Under the pieces are notes generated by a model. That model had not been told where the DNA came from. It worked only from the letters and a program-made list of their open reading frames with translations, and made no database searches. Source: Synechococcus sp. (GTDB taxonomy: Bacteria > Cyanobacteriota > Cyanobacteriia > PCC-6307 > Cyanobiaceae). From it: a DNA stretch of 64,000 nucleotides. The stretch lies in contig JBJBDC010000001.1 of assembly GCA_047285535.1 (NCBI GenBank), positions 136-64,135 of the forward strand, in the 5' to 3' direction. The position numbers and the translations under genes are program-made. Shown here piece after piece: positions 51,367-62,541 of this stretch (position 1 is its first letter; each line of letters starts with the position of its first letter).

Positions 51367-51651
51367 GGACACCGTTTGCAGTGATCGGAGGGCTTGCTTC
51401 TGAAACGTAAAAGCTCGTTTGAATGTTGATCAGTCTCTGCAATGAGTAGGTGACAAATCCATTCGATTCGGTCGCCATGATCGAGCTCGAACCTTGTTCT
51501 GCCATTGCAGGACGCTTAGATCAAGCTGAAGTTCGGTGGATGCAAACAGATTGTGAAAGTATGACGATCTATGGATTGATAAGTACCTGATCTACTTGAA
51601 AGTGATCGCACGATAGAAGCAAGAATTTCTTAAGTGGGATCAACAATTGGT

Positions 51652-52617
51652 TCAAAGATGTTGGAGATTTGGATAGGCCATCACTAGTTCATCTGCGCTC
51701 AGAACGTCTCCCTTGCCATCGGGTTGCCAGATCACTTCCAGGGCCATCAGGTCACTGGACGATGTAGATCCAAGAATTCTCAGCGTTTCCCGCAGGGATT
51801 CACTGCTTTCGACTTGCTTGAGCTTCACGCTTTGTCGGCTAGCCACCAGAACCGTCACCACAATGAATTCATTGGTGGCATCAGCCTCTCCACTTCCGTG
51901 GGACTCCGCTGCACTGCTACTTCGAACACCTCCAACGTTGGTGGTGATTTCAGCGCGCAATTTGCTGCGTTCTGTCATCGACAGGCGATTGAATGTTGAT
52001 TCTGAAGCGTTGAACGGCACGCTCCCTGATTCCACATTGGCGTAAACCCAAAGCTCAGGCTGGCGCAGAAGTGCAAGGGTCGTTTCTTGCAAGACCCTTT
52101 GGAGGCCAGATGATGAGCTGGTGTCAGATGATGCGGCAAGCTGACGAAGGTCAGTTTGTAGTGATTTCGCGCTCGCCAGGAGTCCGATCTGCATTTGAAG
52201 CAAAGACACCGGACCGGTTGAGAGTTCACGAGGATTGCGATAGCCGGCTCCTAGCGAAGGAGAATCCCCTCCCGAGCCTCCACGTGCGGCATTGACCAAA
52301 GCACCAACAACTGCTGCCAGGATCAAGAACCCAAAGAGGCCGCCGCCACCGAATCCAAAGATCGGGATGATGAATGGAAATCCCATCCCACCTCCGAAGC
52401 CGCGGTTATACCCACCGCCTCCATAACTGCGGCTGTATCCCCCACCCCTGGGCATCGATGGGGCTCGGAAGCTACCGCCACCGATGCGGCCACCTCTGGC
52501 GGCTTCGCTTGGTTGCGGGTTGAGGATGAGGAGGCTAACGATGAAAACGGGCACTAGCAACCTTGAGAGCCAGCGTCCGATTTGACCAACCTTGAGGCGG
52601 GATTTGGAGGAGGCCAA
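51652..52617 (-). CDS. DUF1517 domain protein
   Basis: GGRIGGGSF Gly-rich N-terminus, LALLRQP, ERSK, LEVIWQP...L...YPNL. Confidence 0.88.
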   Translation of the reverse strand: MASSKSRLKVGQIGRWLSRLLVPVFIVSLLILNPQPSEAARGGRIGGGSFRAPSMPRGGGYSRSYGGGGYNRGFGGGMGFPFIIPIFGFGGGGLFGFLILAAVVGALVNAARGGSGGDSPSLGAGYRNPRELSTGPVSLLQMQIGLLASAKSLQTDLRQLAASSDTSSSSGLQRVLQETTLALLRQPELWVYANVESGSVPFNASESTFNRLSMTERSKLRAEITTNVGGVRSSSAAESHGSGEADATNEFIVVTVLVASRQSVKLKQVESSESLRETLRILGSTSSSDLMALEVIWQPDGKGDVLSADELVMAYPNLQHL

Positions 52618-52642
52618 GATGGAATAGAACACTTCAGTAACT

Positions 52643-52849
52643 CTAGGAACCACCGCCTACGATGGTGACGATCTCGAGGTTGTCACCGTCTTGCACCTGC
52701 TGATCTTCCCAGCGTTCCGGGGTGAGGATCAGTCCGTTGTATTCGACCACCACCAGTTGAGGATGGTGTCCGAGTTGGGCGATGACGCGATCCAGGGTTG
52801 TTGTTGATGGGTCAAGGCTGCGCAGTTCGCCGTTCACCGTGAGTTGCAT
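52643..52849 (-). CDS. thiS: Sulfur carrier protein ThiS
   Basis: VNGE, VVEYNG, EIVTIVGGG; next to thiE. Confidence 0.92.
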   Translation of the reverse strand: MQLTVNGELRSLDPSTTTLDRVIAQLGHHPQLVVVEYNGLILTPERWEDQQVQDGDNLEIVTIVGGGS

Positions 52850-52868
52850 GGCATCGAAGAAAGAACTG

Positions 52869-53930
52869 TTAAGAGAGAGCCTGGAGAAGGGTCCTGCTGG
52901 CGTCTTCAGGATTATGAGATCCCATGATCGCGCTCACCACGGCGATCTGCCTTGCTCCCGCGTCTCGAACTGAAGCGATGGTTTCAGCCTGAATGCCACC
53001 GATCACAAACCAGGGGATAGCGGCATGGCGACTGGCTTCTGTGACCAAGGTCACACCTGTTGGGGCACGATCACGTTTGGTGCTGGTGGTGAAAATAGGG
53101 CCAACACCCACGTAGTCGGCTCCGTCTTGTTGTGCTTTGAGCAGTTGATCAATGCGATGAGTACTTCTCCCCAGCAACCGTTCTGGGCCGATGAGACGTC
53201 TCGCCTCCGCAATCGGAAAGTCATCCTGTCCGAGGTGCACGCCATCCGCATTCACCAGCAGCGCCAGATCGATGCGGTCATTAATGATGAATAAGGCATC
53301 GAAGCGATTGCAGAGTTCTTTCAGGGCTTTCGCTTCAAGATGGCGTCGTTGATCACTTCCTTTTTTGCGACGATATTGAATCAGATTGACTCCTGCGACC
53401 AGCGAGGCTTCGACCCCATGCAGTAGGCGTTCCAGATTGTTATCTCGCTCCGGATCCGTAATGAGGCAGATTTTTGCCGCCGCAAGGCGTTCATGCCTGT
53501 GCTGATAACCACAGGTCTTGAGCAGGCGCACTTCAAGGTCGTAAAGGCTGTAGCGGATGTCAGCTGCGGTGCTGGCCAGAGTTGGATCAAGATGGCGCCC
53601 AAATTCCTCCAAAACGCGCAGGGCTTCCTGCACGCGACTGGCATTGGCTTTGACCACGGCGGTGGTGGAGCGACGATTGATTTGCGCTGGGTGACTCAGG
53701 CCAGCGGCGATGTCCGTTTCTGTGGAACGGGCCTGGCGATAGCGATCGTCATGCAATTGGCCTAGCCGCTGACGCCAGTCTTTCAGTGGCAGCACGAGAT
53801 CGTTTCGATCAAGGCCAAAGCGACACCAGTCTTCGATGACACGCAGCCCTTCTCGTGCTCGGTCAAGGTTGGCATCGATCAACCTCGCCACTCGCAAGTT
53901 GGCGTCAGGTTCGACAACCATCGGTTCCAT
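52869..53930 (-). CDS. thiE: Thiamine-phosphate synthase
   Basis: Cyanobacterial N-terminus DANLDRAREGLRVIED; INDR.D, GVHLGQDD, GRSTH, IGGI. Confidence 0.95.
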   Translation of the reverse strand: MEPMVVEPDANLRVARLIDANLDRAREGLRVIEDWCRFGLDRNDLVLPLKDWRQRLGQLHDDRYRQARSTETDIAAGLSHPAQINRRSTTAVVKANASRVQEALRVLEEFGRHLDPTLASTAADIRYSLYDLEVRLLKTCGYQHRHERLAAAKICLITDPERDNNLERLLHGVEASLVAGVNLIQYRRKKGSDQRRHLEAKALKELCNRFDALFIINDRIDLALLVNADGVHLGQDDFPIAEARRLIGPERLLGRSTHRIDQLLKAQQDGADYVGVGPIFTTSTKRDRAPTGVTLVTEASRHAAIPWFVIGGIQAETIASVRDAGARQIAVVSAIMGSHNPEDASRTLLQALS

Positions 53931-53965
53931 GGCAGTCTGTGCAGACTCGCATGCCCCCTGCGGCT

Positions 53966-54085
53966 ATGGACAACAGCGGATCTGAGAGCACCATGCACGT
54001 GCTTGTTTGGGGAATTATCCTCCTAGGCGGCGTTGGTGTGTTCATCGTCTGGGGATTGGCTAACGCTTACCCCGCAGGGGTCTGA
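53966..54085 (+). CDS. Small single-TM protein, possibly NdhQ-like
   Basis: 39-aa ORF MDNSGSESTMHVLVWGIILLGGVGVFIVWGLANAYPAGV filling the thiE-ribF gap. Confidence 0.6.
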   Translation: MDNSGSESTMHVLVWGIILLGGVGVFIVWGLANAYPAGV

Positions 54086-54996
54086 AGGCGATGACGGGCT
54101 TCTGAGGCATCCTTGCCGATTTGTGCACTGAGCTCATCTAGGCCTGAAAAACGTTGTTGGCCCCTTAAACGTTCGACGGGTTCCACGACAAGCTCCTGGC
54201 CTACGAGTTCTCTTTCAGTATCGAGGAGATGCACCTCAACGGCGGAGGGAGACATGGGGTCCACGGTGGGCTGGGGGCCGAGGTTCATCACGGCTGGTAA
54301 AGGTTTGCTATCACGCTCAGTCCAAGCGCGGGCGGCATAAACCCCAAGACCAGGTAGAAATTTGCGCCCATCCACTTGCAGATTGGCAGTGGGCCAGCCT
54401 ATGTCCCGGCCTAAGCCGCGACCGCGTACAACGCGTCCTCGAAAGCGGTACGGGCGACCAAGCAGGTCACTGGCAGTGTGCAGATTGCCATTGGAGAGGG
54501 CTGCGCGAATGCGGCTGCTGCTCATCCGTCCTGCGGTATCTTCCAAAATCGGAACTATCGATACTTCCATCCCGGCGTCTTGCGCTAAAGCACGCAGGGT
54601 GTTGGTGTCACCTTCACGCCCTCGACCGAATCGAAAGTTAGCTCCCACTGCGATGTGCGTTGCTTTCAGGCAACCGTGCAGTATTTGCGCGACAAAGTCA
54701 GCGGCGCTGAGTTGAGCCAGTTTGAGGTCAAAGGGAACCAGCACCAGTTGTTGAATGCCCAGGGGTTCCAGTAACTCGAGCTTCTCTTCAGGAAGATCAA
54801 GGCGCAACCGCGGTTCACCGTGCAGCACTTCCCTCGGATGCGGCCAGAAGCTCACCACTGTGGGAATGGCACTTAGGCGATCAGGGTTGGTCACAGACGC
54901 AATCACCCGCCGATGGCCAGCATGAAGACCGTCGAAGCTGCCCAACGCCACGCTTGTGGGGGTCTGAGCCTGCTGTGGAGAGCAGAGAGGAATCAA
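54067..54996 (-). CDS. ribF: Bifunctional riboflavin kinase/FAD synthetase
   Basis: GSFDGLHAGH, VGANFRFG, SSSRIR, G.PTAN, EVHLLD. Confidence 0.95.
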   Translation of the reverse strand: MIPLCSPQQAQTPTSVALGSFDGLHAGHRRVIASVTNPDRLSAIPTVVSFWPHPREVLHGEPRLRLDLPEEKLELLEPLGIQQLVLVPFDLKLAQLSAADFVAQILHGCLKATHIAVGANFRFGRGREGDTNTLRALAQDAGMEVSIVPILEDTAGRMSSSRIRAALSNGNLHTASDLLGRPYRFRGRVVRGRGLGRDIGWPTANLQVDGRKFLPGLGVYAARAWTERDSKPLPAVMNLGPQPTVDPMSPSAVEVHLLDTERELVGQELVVEPVERLRGQQRFSGLDELSAQIGKDASEARHRLQTPAG

Positions 54997-55056
54997 CGGC
55001 GCTGTGCACGGAACTCTGGTTGATGGCAAGTTTGGACGACAGACCTCCTACACCGC

Positions 55057-55617
55057 ATGGCCGATCGGCTCGATCTCCAATTGCTTGCCCTTGGCTTGCG
55101 CCGTTCAGCGTGGATCCGCTTTTGGACTCAAACCGCTCTGGGAATTGTGATCCTGGGGGTATTGATGTTCAACAACATTGGCGGGAGCCTGAGCAGAAAT
55201 GCTGATCGAGCTTTGGGGTTAGGCCCTGGTTTATCGCTCACCACGCTGTCGTTTTTGGTGTTGTTATTCAGCCTCTGGCAAGGGTGGTTGGTCGTGAGAC
55301 TGGGGCGGGCCTTGGATAGTGGAGCGCGCCCCACTCGAGGTGAGGCCAGTCGCACGATTAAGCGCAGTTTGTTTGCTGATTTGTTGGGCTTAGTGCTGGC
55401 TGCCGTTGGCTATCAATCCTTGGCCGGAGCTTTGTTTGTTCAGGCTTCTCAGCAGACACCAGGCATTGCGATAGGAGCCAGCGGAGCGAGTGAAAATATG
55501 GCGATTACCTCTTTAGAGATGCTTTCGGTGTTGAGTAACACGCAGGTGTTGTTTGCCCATGTTGTTGGCTTGATTTTTTCGCTCTGGATGCTGCAGCGGA
55601 TTTATCGCACACGATGA
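55057..55617 (+). CDS. DUF3611-family membrane protein
   Basis: WIRFWTQ..LG, 4 TM segments, SNTQVLFAH. Confidence 0.8.
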   Translation: MADRLDLQLLALGLRRSAWIRFWTQTALGIVILGVLMFNNIGGSLSRNADRALGLGPGLSLTTLSFLVLLFSLWQGWLVVRLGRALDSGARPTRGEASRTIKRSLFADLLGLVLAAVGYQSLAGALFVQASQQTPGIAIGASGASENMAITSLEMLSVLSNTQVLFAHVVGLIFSLWMLQRIYRTR

Positions 55618-56677
55618 ACTTCAATAACTTCCATAAGAGATAGGGTTTTGTCTTGTTGGATTTTGACGTGTTTTGCCTCTACGTAGACATTCGGGAGTCG
55701 AGTTGAGATTTTGCCCGAACGCCATCAGAAGACCTAAGGATTGAAGACAATGGGGAAGTCCTCTCCTGCTTCAATACGCAACTTTCGACCTCAACGATCT
55801 TCTGCTGTCGATCACTAGCAGCGGGCGAACGTTGTTCCCGGTCAAAGAAACTTCAATACGTAGAGATTCAAAACCTAGATAATCTAAATGGCCAAAGAAA
55901 AATCCATTGACGTTTGCTGAATGATCAGATTTGCTGTCGTGTCCTGTCAGTTAGTCAGTTAAGAAACGGACTGGAATGAGTTCCTTTTCAGCTTTTGTGT
56001 GTACTTGCTTTGGGTTTTGGTAGGAGCATTTTACTCAAATCAAATGGATTGAGTGATTGGTAAGGTGAAATATTATTTGTACAAAATACTTGCTTTCTTG
56101 GTTTTTTGGGTCGCGTTGTGAATCAACATCGAGATCGCAGAACAATTCTTGAGTCTTGCTCGATGCCCTGGATTAACCATGCAAGGCAGGCTCAGGATTG
56201 AAGCTGAGGTTCTGATGAGGTCTCACTGCGAAGGCTGTCAGCAGTCAGGGTTAAGCAATGGAGGCCAATTCTCAAATTCGATGATCGGTTCAGGTGATTG
56301 GAGCCTTGGTTTCTCATCCCTGTGACTCTCCTCTTGCAATCTGAGCATGATTCAGCGATCCAGAGATGTTTCTCTCCTCGACCCATCAGACCCTACTAAG
56401 GGCAAAGTGCAAGCCGCTCAGACCATGTGGCAAGCACCATCGCAAGGGGCCTGGAAGGCGAAGGCTTTAAGGAGTTCAAGGAAGTTCAAGATATTTAATG
56501 AATTCATTTTGCGCTGATCGGAGGCACCATATCTGGACAAAACCAACTGTTCTATACCAATCCCATCCACCCCTAGCGTGAGAAGTTGATAGCTGCTCTT
56601 TGCTGCGGAAGCATCCGCCAACGTGGTTCATTTCATACCACTTAAAGTTTCAAATGTACCAATGACTGCGTTCGGCG

Positions 56678-56905
56678 ATGGACGGTTGGCTTCAGGATCC
56701 TCAGCAATGCTGGTCAGTCAGATTCCATCGTGATCCTGAGAAGTGTGCGAACGATGTTCGAGTCTTTGTGGATCACGGACGCGAGATGCCGAATGGCCAG
56801 CCAGCACTCCTCAAGTCACGCAGAAACATGAGGTATGAAGACGCTGTCACCCTCTGGAAAGAACTTCGCCGTGTGGGTTGGGCAGAAACCAAAGCTGTTT
56901 GGTGA
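56678..56905 (+). CDS. DUF1651-family protein
   Basis: GWL.DP...W..RFH, VFVDHGR, LLKSRR, W..L...GW....VW. Confidence 0.8.
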   Translation: MDGWLQDPQQCWSVRFHRDPEKCANDVRVFVDHGREMPNGQPALLKSRRNMRYEDAVTLWKELRRVGWAETKAVW

Positions 56906-57028
56906 TCAAACAAGTCGGAGCCTTAGCTCCGTCCTTAGCTCCATGTTGTTTCAAAGCGGACTTGCGCTTTCCTAGGGGTGCTTTCCGATCGAGCCCAAGT
57001 TCACTAAGGAGAAAGAGTCATCTCCCCT

Positions 57029-57826
57029 TTATCGCTTCAATTGAATCGTTGGTAGAGATGACAATCCACCTCTCCAAAACAGCTCAGGCTGAATGGGCGT
57101 AAGCGAAGGCCCATTCGCTTTGATTTGGGCCACATCGGTTGGCCAGTCGTGGGGCCCATCTCCCCCTGATTCCAGATCATCGACGGCTTCGCCTGCTAAC
57201 CAGTAATAGTTGCGGCCACGGGGGTCAATCCGGGGACTGAACTGTTCATTATAGCGGCGAATTGAAAGACGGGTCCAGCGCAGTGGTCCCATGCTCTCTG
57301 GCTTACAAGGGGGCACATTGAGGTTGAGTAACAGGTTCTCAGGCCATTGATCGGCAAGAGCAGCTTCTGCGACCTGGATGGCCAATTCTGCGGCGGCTTG
57401 AAATTCGCGCCACTGAAAACAAGCACTGCTCACGGCCATCGCTGGCAGGCCTTCCAGAGTGCCTTCCATCGCCGCGGCCACTGTTCCGGAACAGAACACA
57501 TCAGTGCCGAGATTGGGCCCGTGGTTGATCCCTGAGAGCACAAGATCTGGTTTCTCAGTTAGTAGTTCAAAGAGGGCCAATTTCATGCAGTCCGCAGGGG
57601 TGCCGCTGCAGGCCCATGCTTTGATCCCAGACTCAAAAAGCTCATCAGCGCGCTCGGCACGAATGGGGGTTTGAAGGGTGAGGCCATGGCCAGTGGCGGA
57701 CCGTTCCTGGTCGGGACAGACCACATTGACCTGATGGCCTGCTGCCGCTGCCGCTGCTGCCAGGATGCGGATGCCATCGGCGAACACGCCGTCATCGTTA
57801 CTGATCAGAATCCGCAACGGAGTCAT
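57029..57826 (-). CDS. surE: 5'/3'-nucleotidase SurE
   Basis: [37 protein letters not shown]. Confidence 0.96.
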   Translation of the reverse strand: MTPLRILISNDDGVFADGIRILAAAAAAAGHQVNVVCPDQERSATGHGLTLQTPIRAERADELFESGIKAWACSGTPADCMKLALFELLTEKPDLVLSGINHGPNLGTDVFCSGTVAAAMEGTLEGLPAMAVSSACFQWREFQAAAELAIQVAEAALADQWPENLLLNLNVPPCKPESMGPLRWTRLSIRRYNEQFSPRIDPRGRNYYWLAGEAVDDLESGGDGPHDWPTDVAQIKANGPSLTPIQPELFWRGGLSSLPTIQLKR

Positions 57827-57896
57827 CAAGGGTTAATGCGTTGGGTGGAACCTAGTCCTGATGGCTGCCTAGAGTCATTGCCGCGATACCAATGCT

Positions 57897-58904
57897 TTGA
57901 GCGCCACGATCTCCTTGCAGCAGCTCACTGATCAGCTGGATGCCTTAGAGGCTGAGGCGGCAGTTGAGATTCAGGCGGCAACCGATGCCGCTGCTCTCGA
58001 GCAACTTCGGGTTGGTCTACTGGGTAAAAAGGGGCGGCTTTCGGCAGTGTTGGGGGCGATGGGCAAACTCCCAGGCGATGAACGCCCGTTGGTTGGCCAA
58101 CGCGCCAATGTGCTGAAGAGTCAAGTGCAGGAACTTCTCTCAGAACGCCTCCTGGAGGTCAAGAGTGCTGCGATTGATGCACGGATTGCCTCTGAACGGT
58201 TGGATGTCACGGCTGCACCATTCGGCGTGCCAATGGGACATCGGCATCCTTTGATCACCACTACAGAAGAGATTGTCGATCTGTTTTGTGGGCTTGGTTA
58301 TGACGTGGAAGAAGGCCCTGAAGTGGAGACGGATCACCATAACTTCACGGCGCTGAATATTCCGCCTGAACACCCTGCTCGAGACATGCAGGACACGTTT
58401 TATCTGAAAGACAATCTTCTATTAAGGACACACACTTCTCCAGTGCAGATCCGACATCTCGAGACCAATCCACCACCCGTCAGAATTGTGGCTCCGGGTC
58501 GGGTTTATAGGCGTGATGCCGTAGATGCCACCCATTCACCTGTGTTTCACCAAGTGGAGGTTCTAGCAATTGATGAGAATTTGGACTTTAGCCACTTAAG
58601 AGGTACGGTGATGGCCTTCCTCAACGCGTTTTTTGGAGATCTGCCCGTACGCTTTCGTGCGAGTTATTTCCCTTTCACAGAGCCGTCGGCTGAGGTGGAT
58701 GTGCAATGGCGAGGCCGCTGGCTCGAGGTCATGGGCTGTGGGATGGTGGATCCTGCCGTTTTAGAAGGATTGGGACTGGATCCTGAACGCTGGAGTGGTT
58801 TTGCTGCAGGTCTCGGGGTGGAACGCTTCTGCATGGTGCGTCATGGCATTGACGACATCCGAAGGCTCTACACCAGTGATTTGCGCTTCCTGGAGCAGTT
58901 TTGA
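57897..58904 (+). CDS. pheS: Phenylalanine-tRNA ligase alpha subunit
   Basis: [34 protein letters not shown]. Confidence 0.97.
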   Translation: MSATISLQQLTDQLDALEAEAAVEIQAATDAAALEQLRVGLLGKKGRLSAVLGAMGKLPGDERPLVGQRANVLKSQVQELLSERLLEVKSAAIDARIASERLDVTAAPFGVPMGHRHPLITTTEEIVDLFCGLGYDVEEGPEVETDHHNFTALNIPPEHPARDMQDTFYLKDNLLLRTHTSPVQIRHLETNPPPVRIVAPGRVYRRDAVDATHSPVFHQVEVLAIDENLDFSHLRGTVMAFLNAFFGDLPVRFRASYFPFTEPSAEVDVQWRGRWLEVMGCGMVDPAVLEGLGLDPERWSGFAAGLGVERFCMVRHGIDDIRRLYTSDLRFLEQF

Positions 58905-58971
58905 TGCTGATTGGTCAGCTTTGAGCTGAAAAGGCTGCCAAGTCACATGATTGCAATGAGACTTCGTAGGG

Positions 58972-60633
58972 TTGTCTGAAACTACGCCGATGTCTGTGCT
59001 TTCGGTGTTTGATGGCTCGTCTCGAGCACTAGAGATTGTTCGAATCGTCTCTCGTCATGAGTGGTCATTTTTGACTCAGCTCCTCAACCGAGGCGATACC
59101 TCAGAATCGCGACTGCCCTTGCCATCAGTGCTCTGCAACATCCTGACTGAGTTGGGTCCGGTGTACGTAAAGCTTGGTCAGCTGTTGAGTACGCGTCCGG
59201 ATCTCTTGGGGGAGGAGTACATCCAGGCTTTGAGTCAATTACAGGCGGATGTCCCAGCTGTGCCCTGGGATCAGTTGAGGCCACAACTTGAGAAAGATCT
59301 CGGATGCGGAGTAGAGGAGGCGTTTTCGACGTTTATTGACCAGCCGATTGCTGCTGGAAGTGTGGGGCAGGTCTACAAGGCGTCTTTGCCTGAGATCGGT
59401 CCTGTTGCGGTGAAGGTGTTGCGGCCAGGGATCCCGGAACAAGTGGAAGAGGATGGTCGCTTGCTGCGAAAAATTGCATACCTCGCAGCGGCGACTGCTC
59501 TCGGTAGTCTTTACGACTTTGTTGGTCTTGCTGATCAGGTGCTTGAAGCCCTGGCTCGGGAGCTGGATTTCAGAATTGAGTCTTCAAACACCTTGCGGCT
59601 TCAGCGCTGTTTGGATGCATCTAGTTTTGTTCCTGACGGACAGATTCGCCTGCCGCAGGTGGTTCAAAAGTGGTCTGGGCAGAGGGTGTTGGTGCTCGAG
59701 TGGGTGGAGGGAGCATCGATTCTGAGTGTTGAGGCAAGAGAGGCTCTAAAAGCGGGTCCTGGCCTCGTAGCCACAACGACGGCGCTGCTAGGGGCTTTTG
59801 TCGAGCAGTATTTCGTGGAAGGGTTTTTCCATGCTGATCCCCACCCTGGCAATCTCAAAGTGCTGGCAGACGGCAAGGTCATCCTGCTGGATGCGGGAAT
59901 GGTGGGACTCTTTGATCCCCGTACGCGAAGCAATTTGCTGGATCTTGTTTTGGCGCTCATCAACCAGGACGGTGCGCGTGCAACAGATGTGTTGGAGCAG
60001 CTTGCGCCTCCAGCAAGGGGAGTCAAAGTTGATCGTCAGCACCTACAACGACAGCTCGACCAGCTGATTGCAAAGAGTTTTTCAAAGCCGTTAGAGGAAC
60101 TGAACTTTGCTGTGTTCCTCGCGGCTTTGCTGCAACTGGCGAACCGCTCAGGATTAAGAGTGCCAGGAACTCTGGGTTTGTTTGTGAAGTCTGTCACCAA
60201 CTTGGAAGGGGTTGGTAATTCTTTGAACCCTGCGTTCAGCTTCACTGGTGAGATGCAGCCCTTGGTGGCTCAGTTGTTGGCCCGGGCTGTGATGCTGCCT
60301 CAGGAGCGACTGATGCAGTTTGGCCTCGATCTACGCAATCTCACGATTGATTCACCGCGACAGCTGAGCCAGGTGTTGCGGCGTTTCAGCAGTGATGAAT
60401 TGGTTTTCGCCATCCAGCTTGAAGGCCTTGATGCTGTACGTTCAAGTTTGGAGCGATTATCTCAGCGAATTTCACTCGCAATTTTGGTGGCGTCTTTGTT
60501 GCTCAGTGCCACGGTCATGGCAACCTTGGCACGGCAACCCTTGCTGAGAAATGTCAGCGAAGGTTTATTTATTGGTGCCACTTTGTTTGGTCTCTGGTTG
60601 ATTGTGTCGTTGCTGCGTTCCAGTCGTCGCTAA
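58972..60633 (+). CDS. ABC1/AarF/UbiB-family atypical kinase
   Basis: LGPVYVKLGQLLSTRPD, IAAGSVGQV, VAVKV, FFHADPHPGN, LDAG; two C-terminal TM helices. Confidence 0.92.
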   Translation: MSETTPMSVLSVFDGSSRALEIVRIVSRHEWSFLTQLLNRGDTSESRLPLPSVLCNILTELGPVYVKLGQLLSTRPDLLGEEYIQALSQLQADVPAVPWDQLRPQLEKDLGCGVEEAFSTFIDQPIAAGSVGQVYKASLPEIGPVAVKVLRPGIPEQVEEDGRLLRKIAYLAAATALGSLYDFVGLADQVLEALARELDFRIESSNTLRLQRCLDASSFVPDGQIRLPQVVQKWSGQRVLVLEWVEGASILSVEAREALKAGPGLVATTTALLGAFVEQYFVEGFFHADPHPGNLKVLADGKVILLDAGMVGLFDPRTRSNLLDLVLALINQDGARATDVLEQLAPPARGVKVDRQHLQRQLDQLIAKSFSKPLEELNFAVFLAALLQLANRSGLRVPGTLGLFVKSVTNLEGVGNSLNPAFSFTGEMQPLVAQLLARAVMLPQERLMQFGLDLRNLTIDSPRQLSQVLRRFSSDELVFAIQLEGLDAVRSSLERLSQRISLAILVASLLLSATVMATLARQPLLRNVSEGLFIGATLFGLWLIVSLLRSSRR

Positions 60634-60737
60634 GTGAGAGGAGGATGAGCAACATGGCAACTTCGATCAAGAGATATTGAGTGAATCGGTTGTCTTTGAT
60701 CAAATTGAACACTGTTCCTGATTGTTGTCAGATCTGT

Positions 60738-62420
60738 TTACTGAAACCAAGGCCATTTGAATCCAAACAGATCGAGTTGATTCATTGCGAATTTGTTGAG
60801 TGCCCGACCGAGAATGACTTGTGGTTCGTCAGCACGAATGGGGATGACGGGGTGTTGTTTTCTCTGCGAAGGAGAGGCTCCTTGAATGATCCCTCGTCTG
60901 AGAAGTGAGTTTCCGGCCTCCAATCCACACACATAGGCTCTTTCTTGACACAGCCCCTTAGCGCCATGCTCTTTGTCCCCCATGCGTACCCAGTCACCAG
61001 CACAGACGATTGAGTTAACTGATGTTTCTAAGGGTGGCCGCTTTTTGAAGCTGCCAGGGGAAAACAGTGATACGCAGCTCGGATAGCGACGCACCTCGCT
61101 ATCCATTACGTTCACGGCCTTAAATCGCCGATCTGCGATTGGGAGTAATTCATGGGTGAGTAGATCAATGATGTCTTGATCATGCATCAGAGCAATTGCA
61201 GATGCGTTGTAAAAATCGCTTGCAATGACTGACCCCTGTGGATTTTGGCCACCCCAGAGGGCCTGCTCATCATTGTTCTGAAGCTGATCGAGCATGAAAA
61301 AAGTGCACCCTGCTCCCTTTAGAGATTCGAAGCGAGAGAACACATTGGCGGGGTAAGGGATGGGCACATATCGATCGAGCCACAGACGTGTTGAAACGAC
61401 ATCGATGGTGCCGAGTGAACCGGCGGAAACTAGCTCTGGCAGTGCATCATGGCACTCCGGAGATTGAGTCATGAGGGAATGCATGCCTTTGACACCGAGT
61501 GCTAAAACCACAGCATCAATGTTGTGCAGGACGTTGATTTCGCCTGTTCTGACAGCCTGAATCTCAACAGCGCTAATTTGTTGTTTTTCAGGAGCAAAGG
61601 TTAGCTTCCGTACGAAGGTTCCTCCTAAGACTCGCAGATTATGTTGCTTAATTAGTCGTTGACTTAGTGGTTTAAATATATTTTCTGCGATACTTTTTGA
61701 GTTGATCCAGCGAACATCAAACGAGTCTTGATGGGCCAGTGCATAGTAATACAGCAGTTCCATGGTAACGGCTGCTGATAATTCTTCTGGTGGTTTGAAC
61801 AGGCCAACAAGCAGAATTGGTCGGAGGAAATCATTGATCAGGCGTTTGCTGATCCCAAGACTTAGAAAGAGATCTTGTGCGCTTAGTTTATCATATTGTT
61901 TGAAAACTTCTTCGTTTCGATTGAGGTCTAAAAGGGTATAAAGCAAGCCTGCGATGCTAAGGCGATCCTCAAGTGGAAGTCGTTTGAAATTTGTCAATGT
62001 GGCACCAACTTGGCCCAGTGGGCTTGGCCAAGTTGGTGCATCACCAAACACAGGTGCTGTGGCTTCAAGCCCATCCGGTGACCAGAATGCACTCGTGGTG
62101 TAGTCGGTGAAAATTGTGTTGAGTCTGAGATCTTTTGTGAGCGCATAGATGTTGGGATAATCCTTCCAAAATCCCCTGGTGCCTGACTCAAACGGTTTCC
62201 CGCTCTTGGTGCGAAGTGGTGTACTTCCGGTTGGATCGTCCATCCCGTCGATCAAGGTCACGTGCACACCGGCTTCGCAGAGGGATTTTGCGGCACCCCA
62301 TCCCGCCCATCCCGCTCCGATCACAACCGCATGGGATGGTTTTTTTTCTGATGTCGATATTGTCTTGGGATTTTGATGGTCGGCTGTCGCGGAGAATGAC
62401 ATCGCGAGAGGTCGTCTCAT
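60738..62420 (-). CDS. FAD-dependent oxidoreductase (amine oxidase/carotenoid-desaturase superfamily)
   Basis: VVIGAGWAGWGAA, G.RGFW.DYPN, AGDWV, QERAYVCG. Confidence 0.88.
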   Translation of the reverse strand: MRRPLAMSFSATADHQNPKTISTSEKKPSHAVVIGAGWAGWGAAKSLCEAGVHVTLIDGMDDPTGSTPLRTKSGKPFESGTRGFWKDYPNIYALTKDLRLNTIFTDYTTSAFWSPDGLEATAPVFGDAPTWPSPLGQVGATLTNFKRLPLEDRLSIAGLLYTLLDLNRNEEVFKQYDKLSAQDLFLSLGISKRLINDFLRPILLVGLFKPPEELSAAVTMELLYYYALAHQDSFDVRWINSKSIAENIFKPLSQRLIKQHNLRVLGGTFVRKLTFAPEKQQISAVEIQAVRTGEINVLHNIDAVVLALGVKGMHSLMTQSPECHDALPELVSAGSLGTIDVVSTRLWLDRYVPIPYPANVFSRFESLKGAGCTFFMLDQLQNNDEQALWGGQNPQGSVIASDFYNASAIALMHDQDIIDLLTHELLPIADRRFKAVNVMDSEVRRYPSCVSLFSPGSFKKRPPLETSVNSIVCAGDWVRMGDKEHGAKGLCQERAYVCGLEAGNSLLRRGIIQGASPSQRKQHPVIPIRADEPQVILGRALNKFAMNQLDLFGFKWPWFQ

Positions 62421-62541
62421 GGTGTTGCTGGAACGCTACGCAGGGCTGCTTATGGAGTGCCGCCGGATGACAAGAATGACTTGCTGCTGCTGAGATTTGG
62501 TTTCTCTCATAAAATGAATCCGTTCTGTCGAATCGCGATCG

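Noticed and set aside
53931..53965. TPP riboswitch upstream of thiE
   Set aside because: The intergenic space is too short, and the nearby CTGAGA lies on the opposite strand within a small ORF.
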